Shown here: piece by piece, positions 29,581 through 37,379 of the stretch
Numbering within the stretch: the stretch's first letter is position 1
Layout of the letters: each line of letters opens with the position of its first letter
Source: Candidatus Jordarchaeia archaeon
GTDB taxonomy: Archaea; Asgardarchaeota; Jordiarchaeia; Jordiarchaeales; Jordiarchaeaceae
Length of the DNA: 37,379 bases
Direction: 5' to 3'
Assembly (NCBI GenBank): GCA_029856435.1
Contig: JAHQXB010000014.1
Span: forward strand, 1-37,379
Made by a program: the position numbers and the translations under genes
Notes under the pieces: generated by a model
Databases searched by the model: none
What the model was told of the DNA's origin: nothing
Seen by the model: the letters and a program-made list of their open reading frames with translations, nothing else

Positions 29581-29834
29581 ATGACTATCCGTTCCACCTC
29601 GGCCCTGAAGCCGGGAGATTCTGCTTCTAAGGTTTTCATAGGCTCTGTGTTCATTGCCCTTTTTTTAGGCTTCCACTTCACTCCACCTATAGGAGCAGGG
29701 GCAGTGCCACCAGCCCGTTAACCTCGCCTCCATGGAGGCTAGCTATATTTAAGATTATGACGGCACCGGCATTGGAACTTATTGACAATTCATCCCATGG
29801 TTAAAACCGTAGGCTTTCTTGTGGCTGCGACTTG
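29581..29834 (-). mobile_element. ~250-bp non-autonomous IS200/IS605 element, element D (more decayed)
   Basis: Homologous to B and C; TTAC target at 29835-29838 (minus strand). Right end altered and TATA-like box mutated to TTCCAAT. Confidence 0.75.
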
Positions 29835-29895
29835 GTAAAAAGGGGATACAGTGTGAATCTACTGGCTACAGGCTCCTCTCATAAATAGCGGTAGA

Positions 29896-30548
29896 TCAGT
29901 GTTTCTGAAGCACTTTATTCACGATGAATTTTTTCATGTTGTGAGTGTATAAGGCATAGAGAAAAGCGGTGAATAGTATCAACAAGAACAAAACTGACGC
30001 GATAGACTCCTCCCATAGCATAATGAAATGCAACAATATGCCAATTGAAAGCAAGGATCCAATTATGGATAATGTGGGATTTAGGATAACGCTTTTCCTT
30101 TTTTGTGCCTTTCTTTAATAGAGACACCACCAGCCGTTTCTCATCACCATACCGCTCATATTCCTTAACACCCCTTAATAAACTGACAAGTTGGAGAGCT
30201 CAACTGAAAAAGGGTAAAAAGCGCCTAGGAAACTATAAAAACAACAATTAATAGCATTGAGAAAGGAGTGATTGCGGGATATACTGCAAAATTGGTAAAA
30301 GGTGCCGAGAGATGAACCAACCTTAAACCCATAGGGGAGAAATAACAAACAACCCAACTAGTTACTGGGGGTGCAGACTCCAGAATCAAAATGAAAACCC
30401 ATCTGGGGAAATGCAAATAAAAGGCAATAATAAGAGTCACAGAAATGGGTATAACCACAAGAAGCAATGTTAGTAAACGCCCCATATAGACCGTTTTTAT
30501 ATCCATATTTTCCCAACCAAACATATTTCTCACCCCTTTAAATTTCAC
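29896..30548 (-). pseudogene. Probable fragmented membrane-protein gene
   Basis: Hydrophobic segments lie in different frames (30225-30548, and a start-less frame ending ...FLYALYTHNMKKFIVNKVLQKH* at 29896), separated by stops. Family not recognised. Confidence 0.3.
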
Positions 30549-30686
30549 AATTTAATACAATAAAATAAAGATTTATAACGCAGCGGACGCTAATTAATGA
30601 ACAATCCGTGAAACAAAATACTAACGTGTTTCTCGCAATTTTGGGAATATTACCAGTTTGTGAATTAAAAGTTTGGAGTAGTGGAA

Positions 30687-32189
30687 ATGTTTGAAAAGTT
30701 TGATGTGGTAGTGGTCGGCGCGGGTCTTGGAGGCCTCTCTGCCGCAGCTACCCTTGTCAAGAGTGGACAGAAAGTGCTTCTATTGGAGAAGCATTATAGG
30801 GCTGGTGGTTATGCGGGTAGTTTTGTGCGGGGCAGATTTGAGTTTGACATTGCACTCCATCAAATCTCGGGTTTAGACTTGGTGGGTAAACGTGGTTTTC
30901 TTTATCGAAACCTTGAGAGTTTAGGTGTGACAAAGAGGGTGGAGTTCGTACGTCTTCTCAATGTTTACCGCTCCGTCTTCCCAGATTTGGATATCACCCT
31001 TCCTGTGGGGAGGGAGAGTGCTGAGGGAGTTTTGTTGGACACTTTTCCCAAAGAATCGGAGGGGATAACCCGCTTTTTGGACAGGGTGGAGGCTACCAGT
31101 AGGGCTTTGGGTATGCTGCAACGCGGAGCGGGCTCAGAGGAGGAAAAAAAGTATGTTAAGGAGAACTTTTTTGCCTATAAGGATAAAACTTTGGCAGAAG
31201 TTCTTAATGGAGATGTTGGGGATCCTAAGGCCCGGGCGGTGATAGCTCAAATTTTCGCTTATTTTGGTCTGCCGCCTTCAAGGGTTTCCTACCTAATTTA
31301 TGCTTTGGGTTGGGGTGACTATTTGCGTTATGGGGGTGCTCAGGTCAAAGGCACATCTCAGATGCTTGCCAACGCTTTTGTGGATATTGTTCAGGAGATG
31401 GATGGCGAGGTTAGATTCAACTGCGGAGTCAAAAAGATACTTACAAGGGGAGGAAGGGTAACTGGTGTGGTAACCGAGAAGGGTGAAAAAATAGAAGCTC
31501 CCTATGTAATTTCAAATGTGAATCCCATAACCACCTGTGCCCAAATGATTGGAGTGGACAAGTGTCCTGACTCATTTTTCAAAGCATTGCAGACCAAGGA
31601 AATTGCCATTGGTTCATGCTGCGTCTACATGGGGTTAGATGCTCCTCATGGGGAGCTGGGAATAAGTGATTTTGAAATATTCATAAACTCAAGTTACGAT
31701 TTTGAATCCTTCTGGGACAGGCTTAAGACCAGCGTTGAACCCGCAGACTTCGGATTAGCATGCTATAATTTAGCCTATCAAGACGCCTCACCCCCAGGCA
31801 CCTCAATTGTAGTACTTACAACCACAAGCTATGCTGAACCTTGGTACAAAGTTTCCCCCGCTGAATACGTGGAGACTAAGAATAGGGTTGCAGATATAAT
31901 GTTGGAGAGAACAGAGAAGATCTTTCCGGGGATAAGGAAGCACATAGAGGTTATCGAAGTGTCAACCCCTCTAACCAACATGAGGTACACTGGTAATCCC
32001 GGTGGCTCAATCTATGGGTGGCCCTATTCTCCTAAAGAGAGCATTATGTACCGTTTACCACAAGAGGGACCTTTTAAGGGGCTCTTTTTTGCGGGAGCCT
32101 GGACCCAGATAGGGGGAGGATTCCAGCCCTGTATCATGTCGGGATTGATGGCTGCACAAAGGGTAATATCTGAGCTCACAAAGAAATGA
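30687..32189 (+). CDS. Phytoene desaturase/CrtI-RetSat-like FAD-dependent oxidoreductase, paralog 2
   Basis: Colinear and highly similar to 27224-28720 with the same motifs. ATG 30687 (ORF track start 30681). Confidence 0.85.
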   Translation: MFEKFDVVVVGAGLGGLSAAATLVKSGQKVLLLEKHYRAGGYAGSFVRGRFEFDIALHQISGLDLVGKRGFLYRNLESLGVTKRVEFVRLLNVYRSVFPDLDITLPVGRESAEGVLLDTFPKESEGITRFLDRVEATSRALGMLQRGAGSEEEKKYVKENFFAYKDKTLAEVLNGDVGDPKARAVIAQIFAYFGLPPSRVSYLIYALGWGDYLRYGGAQVKGTSQMLANAFVDIVQEMDGEVRFNCGVKKILTRGGRVTGVVTEKGEKIEAPYVISNVNPITTCAQMIGVDKCPDSFFKALQTKEIAIGSCCVYMGLDAPHGELGISDFEIFINSSYDFESFWDRLKTSVEPADFGLACYNLAYQDASPPGTSIVVLTTTSYAEPWYKVSPAEYVETKNRVADIMLERTEKIFPGIRKHIEVIEVSTPLTNMRYTGNPGGSIYGWPYSPKESIMYRLPQEGPFKGLFFAGAWTQIGGGFQPCIMSGLMAAQRVISELTKK

Positions 32190-32273
32190 GACATCTACTA
32201 TACTATTTTTCCGCAGTTACGTTTGGCTCACAGCCTTTTTGGTTGGTTGTGTTTGTTCGTTTTTTTGTTTGTT

Positions 32274-32858
32274 TTACCATACTTTTCCTTTGTATTCGCT
32301 TATCATGGGGCAGCCTAGGCATCTTTTTTCTTGGTGTTTCTTGCAGTCGGCGCAGTTGATTTCTAGCCCGCAGAAGGGTCTATCAACAATTTTTACCTTC
32401 ATCTGGTAGGGCAGGTTTAGCTCTTTTGCGGCGGATATTATGATGTTGAATTGTATTTCTTTGACTTCTTTTAGTGGTCCTAGGTGGCACTCGACTATTG
32501 ATTCAAGTGTGGGTATGTCTTCTCCTATTAGAAATAGGAGGACGTTGCTTTTCCCGGAAACCACGTAGCCGTTGAGGAAATATGGGCAATTTTGGAAAAT
32601 TGACAGTATTTTTGCGCTGTCGATGGTGGATACGTCAACTTTAGCTATGTTGAGTCCCAGCTTTAAGGGGTTTACCCCGCAAATTTTGCGGAATACTCCC
32701 ATCTCCTTTAGTTTCCTTAGTCTCATAGCTACTGAGGGCTGGGACAGGTTAATAATTTCTGCAATCTGTTCCTGGGGGATTTCGGGATCCTCGCTTAGGA
32801 GTGTTAGTATCTCCCGATCCTTATCATCCAACTTAAAAATATGCTCTTCCATTTTCAC
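32274..32858 (-). CDS. Lrp/AsnC family transcriptional regulator with Cys-rich C-terminal extension
   Basis: LDDKDREIL..L...PEI.QEQIA...LSQPSV..RL.KL...G HTH; tail FCG..INCADC......RCLGCP. Confidence 0.8.
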   Translation of the reverse strand: MKMEEHIFKLDDKDREILTLLSEDPEIPQEQIAEIINLSQPSVAMRLRKLKEMGVFRKICGVNPLKLGLNIAKVDVSTIDSAKILSIFQNCPYFLNGYVVSGKSNVLLFLIGEDIPTLESIVECHLGPLKEVKEIQFNIIISAAKELNLPYQMKVKIVDRPFCGLEINCADCKKHQEKRCLGCPMISEYKGKVW

Positions 32859-33460
32859 CTAATAATGAAGTCATAGCGTATTTATAAGAATATTGCGCAA
32901 ATCCTTTTTCTACTTATAATTTATAGGTTAGAGGGGGGAAACTTGAATAAATTATAATAATCAACTTTATTAAATATTTAACTATTAAATAAAATAGAAA
33001 AAATAAATATATTAATTCAAAGCAAAAAAATGTGAACAATACCCATTTGGGAGAGCACACATGGAGGAGGAAACCAAAACTCCAAACAGGAAAAGGAGAA
33101 TCCCCCAAAACTGGGAGGAGGGATTCTCCTAACAATTCTCCCAAAAAAGAAAACCTCCAACCAAAAATCAAGATTCCAAAAAGAGTGTGGCTGAATGAGC
33201 TTCACAGATTCACAATAATTTGGCTCGTAGATAGTGGCCACCCACCAAATGTATCTACCATATTTTTCTGTGAAGCCCCACTAAACACACTTCTAACACA
33301 ACGACTAAAAAATGGTTACAACAAGTGATTGTGAGCTGTGCAGAAGCGAGAAAGAAGGCGAATTAAACCTTAAATTCAATCATAAATCTGTTTAGAAACT
33401 CGTTTGAGGCGTGATTTCCTTCTTTTGAAAAATTATTAAACTGCTAATGGAGGCTAAAAA

Positions 33461-33640
33461 ATGTCAAAAACTGTTAATAATGTGAGAGAAAAAGCTACTT
33501 TAATTGTGGACTTTGATACTTGGAAGGGTTTGAACCAGATTAAAAATGAACTTAATTTGAATTCCATCGATGAGGCAATTCGATTCCTCATAAAGGAATA
33601 CAATTCTAGCTATGAAAGGTGGAGAAACTACAAAACGTGA
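33461..33640 (+). CDS. Small ribbon-helix-helix (CopG/antitoxin-like) protein, 59 aa, absent from the ORF track
   Basis: GGAGG RBS; MSKTVNNVREKATLIVDFDTWKGLNQIKNELNLNSIDEAIRFLIKEYNSSYERWRNYKT has a strand-helix-helix RHH pattern. Confidence 0.65.
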   Translation: MSKTVNNVREKATLIVDFDTWKGLNQIKNELNLNSIDEAIRFLIKEYNSSYERWRNYKT

Positions 33641-33666
33641 AAATTTTGAGAGTAATTTCGTTTCTT

Positions 33667-34047
33667 TTATAGATGTTCTTTGATGATGTTTAGTAGACTT
33701 TCTATTTTTATGGGTTTAAGTATGTAGCCGTCGGCACCCTTGTTTAGGGATTCAATGGCGCTCCGCATGGTGGGATAACCGGTAATCATAATTTTTGACA
33801 TTTTGGGATTAATTTTTCTCATAACGGGTAGGAGTATGGTGCCCTCCATGTCGGGAAGTCGAATGTCTATTAGTGCAAGGTTGTATGATGTGGCTTCTAT
33901 TCTTTCTATTGCTTCTTTACCATTTTTGGCCGTGTCCACAATGTACCCTTTTTCTTCCAGTATGGTTTTTAACACCTTCCCAATTTTTTCATCGTCTTCC
34001 ACTATAAGAATTTTAGAGGGACAATTCATCTCTCTTCCCATCCCCAA
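33667..34047 (-). CDS. Stand-alone response-regulator receiver (CheY-like)
   Basis: ILIVEDD, LIDIRLPDMEG (phospho-Asp), ITG and KP. Possible start at ATG 34029. Confidence 0.88.
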   Translation of the reverse strand: MGMGREMNCPSKILIVEDDEKIGKVLKTILEEKGYIVDTAKNGKEAIERIEATSYNLALIDIRLPDMEGTILLPVMRKINPKMSKIMITGYPTMRSAIESLNKGADGYILKPIKIESLLNIIKEHL

Positions 34048-34521
34048 ATAATATTTTGATTAAAGGGAAGATGCTACATATTATTCTTCTTAACCATAGC
34101 ATCTTTTAACTAGGTTAAAGGCCTTGAATCTTCGTGGGGCGACACTTTCTATGGGTCCTAACCTAACCTTTGGTTCCACGCTACACTGAATATTTAAAGC
34201 AAAATTTTGACCTGCAAAGACTGCGGAGACCACACTTACGCAAATTCTTCCAAATATACAATTTTCACAACTTAATTTCCATATTTTTGTTATACTCTAG
34301 TTCTATCTCATATAAAAAAGTATTCAGTCTTATAAAAAACTCATTCTTAACCAAAGATTAAACCACCAAGAACAAAAGGGAAAAGCAAGCTAAAAACACT
34401 TTATCGGATGGGAACAATTATCAGGAGGAATTTTGTCCCTTAAAAAAACACCAAACAAATTTTACTCTTACTCAAAATAAGTAAAGTAGCTACTTAATGG
34501 CTGTTCTGGAAGGTTAACCAG

Positions 34522-35301
34522 ATGTATGTTAGTGAATTATTCCCGATTGATAGAGCATCCCTACTGATAAAAGCGAAGAAAGTGTTGGCTGTGCAGGCCC
34601 ATCCTGATGATTTTGATTTTTTCGCGGGAGGAATCATTGCTAAACTGGCACAAAGAGGATGCGAAATAACCTATTTGACTACAACTGATGGCTCCCGATC
34701 CACCACAAACCCAAAAATAACGCCGGAAAAATTGGCTGAAACACGCATGAAAGAACAGGAGAGGGCGGCAAAGATTCTGGGCGTTAAACACTTGATGTGG
34801 CTAGGCTACACAGACAGCGAATTCCAACCTACCCTTGAAGCAAGAGGCAAAATAATAAGAGCAATTCGCCAAACTAGGCCCGATGTTTTAATGACCCTTG
34901 ATCCATGGCTGCCCTACGAGGCTCACCCTGACCATGTAAATACTGGTCTTGCTGCCTGCTGGGCCGCAATGCTTAGTGGATTCACAAACGTGAATCAGGA
35001 ACACTTTAGTGAAGGACTTGAACCACACCAGGTATCTACAGTGTGCCTTGCAATTAGTGCCAAGTACAACACGTATGTAGATATAACAGAAACCATGGAT
35101 CTGAAAATCCAAGCTCTAGCGCAGCATAAGAGCCAGTTCCAGTCTGAAACTGAGGTGGGATTGGGTCCCTTCGAAATATGGGAGACAATAATAAAATCGG
35201 TAGCAGAAGGTTTCGGAAGGGAAAAGGGAATGAAGTATGCCGAAGTTTTCAAGGTGCTTACACCCTTGGAGATGCATTGTAACTTGTCCCTTGCCCGATG
35301 A
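34522..35301 (+). CDS. PIG-L family deacetylase, diacetylchitobiose/GlcNAc deacetylase (Dac)-like
   Basis: AHPDD and DPWLPYEAHPDH Zn motifs, LEPH, H.SQF and terminal E.FK...LEMH resemble Thermococcales Dac. Confidence 0.8.
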   Translation: MYVSELFPIDRASLLIKAKKVLAVQAHPDDFDFFAGGIIAKLAQRGCEITYLTTTDGSRSTTNPKITPEKLAETRMKEQERAAKILGVKHLMWLGYTDSEFQPTLEARGKIIRAIRQTRPDVLMTLDPWLPYEAHPDHVNTGLAACWAAMLSGFTNVNQEHFSEGLEPHQVSTVCLAISAKYNTYVDITETMDLKIQALAQHKSQFQSETEVGLGPFEIWETIIKSVAEGFGREKGMKYAEVFKVLTPLEMHCNLSLAR

Positions 35302-35432
35302 GGATTAGGCTATCCAAAACTTCTTTTTTATTTCTTTTTTGGTTTTTCTGAAATTGTGGTGGCCTTAAAAAATTTGATTTAAAGGCTTTTAAGACGAATA
35401 ATTTTATTTTATGGGGAGGTTTAACCGAAAGA

Positions 35433-35492
35433 TTTAAATACTACTATTTGTAGTATACAACTTGGATTAGTATACAAATAAAATTAGTATAC
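35433..35492 (+). promoter_or_regulatory. hsp20 promoter: TATA box plus candidate repressor operator
   Basis: TTTAAATA at 35433-35440; inverted repeat ATACTAC-TATTT-GTAGTAT; TAGTATAC at 35451, 35468 and 35485 (17-bp period); RBS GGAGGTG at 35494-35500. Confidence 0.6.
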
Positions 35493-35506
35493 TGGAGGTG
35501 GGAAAC

Positions 35507-36025
35507 ATGGCTGAGGTGAAAGAAAGAAAAGAATCAACTGAAATCGAGCCAATAGAAAAAAGATCATGGCTATATAGACCATTCGAAGAACTGTTCGAAG
35601 ATTTCAACAGAACCTTCGAAGCCCTCATGAGGCCATGGTTCGACATTGTCCCCTCAAGGAGAATCGAGTTCCCAACACTAACCAGATTCCCAAGACTGGA
35701 CCTAGAAGACACTGGTGAAGGCTACACCGTTACCGCCGACGTTCCAGGAATCCCCAAGGACAACATAAACCTGAACATCACAAAGGACACCCTAGAAATC
35801 AGCGGCGAACTTAAAGAAGACAAGGAGGAAAAGGGAAAGAACTACCTCCACAGAGAGAGAACCTACGAGTCCTTCCGAAGATGCATAGTCTTCCCAGAAG
35901 AAGTAGTTCCAGAGAAAGCCGAAGCACAGATTAAAAACGGCATCCTAACACTAAAGGTTCCCAAGAAAGAGCCCACACCCAAACAGGAGCCAGTCAAAGT
36001 ACCCATAAAGGACACAAGCGAGTAA
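35507..36025 (+). CDS. hsp20: Small heat shock protein Hsp20 (alpha-crystallin domain)
   Basis: LDLED...TVTADVPGI.K, LEISGE, ERTYESFRR.I.FPEEV, A...NGILTLKVPK and terminal V.VPI motif. Confidence 0.92.
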   Translation: MAEVKERKESTEIEPIEKRSWLYRPFEELFEDFNRTFEALMRPWFDIVPSRRIEFPTLTRFPRLDLEDTGEGYTVTADVPGIPKDNINLNITKDTLEISGELKEDKEEKGKNYLHRERTYESFRRCIVFPEEVVPEKAEAQIKNGILTLKVPKKEPTPKQEPVKVPIKDTSE

Positions 36026-36199
36026 AAAGGAACCAGACAAATTCCCACAAATCATTCTTTTTTTAATTTTTCTTCAAAAAAGGATTTAAACTAATTCTTC
36101 TAAACATTGAATCTTTCTTGGAAAAAAGGTTTCTCTTTTACTAACAAGAAGTTTTTAATCAGAAATCTATTATTTTGAGGTTTGTTGCCTTTTTGTGTG

Positions 36200-36982
36200 C
36201 TAGTCTTTTTCTTGGGGTTCTTGGCACAGAATTTGTGGTCTTTTTTCTTTTGGGGACTTTCCCAGTCGGAGTTGGAGCATCTTCCATATTTCGTCACAGA
36301 TTTCTTTGTTTTCGCAGGTAGTGCAATCGTATGAGGGGGTTGATTTGATGGGAGCTGCTATTTTCCAAGCCTCTTCAGTTATTTTTCCGAGTTCTCTCAC
36401 GTCTTCTTCGCTGGAGGTTACAAATATGGCTTCTACAGCTTCTGCTTTTGGGGGTTTCTCTTTGAGGCTTACCATTAGTGCTTTTCCCAGAGTTTCTAGT
36501 GCGAAACCCTTTTCTACGGCTTCCCTGCTGACTCTGCTCCATACTCTTTGACGCTGGGGAACTGCCCTCAACATGTAGCCCTCTAAATTTAGATCGTACT
36601 GGTTACGAATGAGAAGTCTATAATCCTTAGGCTCCAAACCCCTAGTTTGGGCTATGAGAACTTGGGCGAATGGTAAATTGCCCTTTGCTTCGGGAATGTC
36701 GGGGCCCACAATTGTTATTTTTCCGTCTCTAACTAGGGAGGGATTCTCGGTCCATAGGACGAAGGCCACGGAGGCCGTTTTGGGATTTCCAAGCTCAACA
36801 AAAGTGTCCTCTTTAAGGATTATTTCTGGCTTATTACTCGTTGGGAGGGTTTCTTTCAGTTTTTTGACGCTAGTGTTACACTGTTTCTCGCTTATTCTTC
36901 TTCCCTGTCTTTTCCAGTATTCTATATGCTGCCTGAGCTCACATATCATTAGGTCGAATATCTCCAATAGATTTGCCTCCAA
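36200..36982 (-). CDS. Acetyl-CoA synthase (CdhC/AcsB) middle-domain-only homolog with C-terminal CxxCxxxxxC
   Basis: DGKITIVGPDI, LPFAQV, EGYM.R...R.W.RVS..AV.KGF...LG match the ACS middle domain; the A-cluster domain is absent; tail DCTTCENKEICDEI. Confidence 0.65.
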   Translation of the reverse strand: MEANLLEIFDLMICELRQHIEYWKRQGRRISEKQCNTSVKKLKETLPTSNKPEIILKEDTFVELGNPKTASVAFVLWTENPSLVRDGKITIVGPDIPEAKGNLPFAQVLIAQTRGLEPKDYRLLIRNQYDLNLEGYMLRAVPQRQRVWSRVSREAVEKGFALETLGKALMVSLKEKPPKAEAVEAIFVTSSEEDVRELGKITEEAWKIAAPIKSTPSYDCTTCENKEICDEIWKMLQLRLGKSPKEKRPQILCQEPQEKD

Positions 36983-37379
36983 GTGGGCATTTTTTTCATC
37001 TTCTTCTTGCTCGGATGTTACTGTTACCGTTGATTAACCCCGATGCCCAGACTTTTCGGGAAGGATTATGTTGGCCCTTTTTTTGGTTTGGTTTCTACGC
37101 CAATTTTTCCAGTTTTTCACTATTAGTTTTTTGCTAACACTCCTTTAACTATTACCTACTACGATTATGTAAATTATAATTACTGCCCATTTCAAGACTA
37201 AAAGGGAGGGAAACCTCTAAAAGGATGAAAAATATTTTCAACAAAAAGGGAATTGCCCCACATTCCGCACCCTTCGTGAATTTTTTGGTATTTTTTCTTT
37301 TTCCCAATTTCTGCTCATTTCTTCTGCAGGGATTTGGGGGTTTCCGAAGAATTGTTCGGTAAAGGCGGGCATCCTCCAT

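Noticed and set aside
32930-33030. Very AT-rich stretch as a replication origin
   Set aside because: No cdc6/orc1 gene or ORB repeats; likely promoter DNA.
33093-33130. 11-bp perfect inverted repeat AGGAGAATCCC/GGGATTCTCCT
   Set aside because: Single hairpin with no U-tract, homolog or clear gene context; function cannot be assigned.
749-37037. Numerous 60-175-aa ORFs overlapping the called genes in other frames or antisense
   Set aside because: Shadow ORFs of well-supported CDSs, with no motifs.
37152-37379. 75-aa ORF at the window edge
   Set aside because: Low-complexity A-rich translation, possibly truncated by the window; not assignable.

Overview
Archaeal chromosomal window, probably an anaerobic Asgard-type heterotroph. 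That assignment is inferred from a roadblock/longin-like protein, a minimal SufCB/SmsCB pair, an ADP-dependent kinase and archaeal TATA/RBS signals. It has about 30 metabolic and regulatory CDSs: Fe-S assembly, lipid/CoA enzymes, an atypical CooS, Thermococcales-like GlcNAc catabolism, tandem CrtI-like oxidoreductases and Hsp20. No rRNA, tRNA or CRISPR array was seen. The intergenic DNA is unusually rich in protein-free mobile elements, with no transposase or TnpB ORF in the window. (i) Five IS200/IS605-derived cassettes retain TnpB-type right-end RNA scaffold sequence. Four have recognisable left and right ends. Two of the three ~245-bp copies and the divergent 331-bp copy keep an internal TATA-like box, so they look like promoter + omegaRNA + unique guide units. 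(ii) A ~108-bp fully fold-back MITE family has IS1-like GGTGATG ends, and one copy has a perfect 9-bp target duplication. (iii) A 175-bp TIR element is present near the start. Several transcription units also run from G+T-rich 5' ends to A+C-rich 3' ends.
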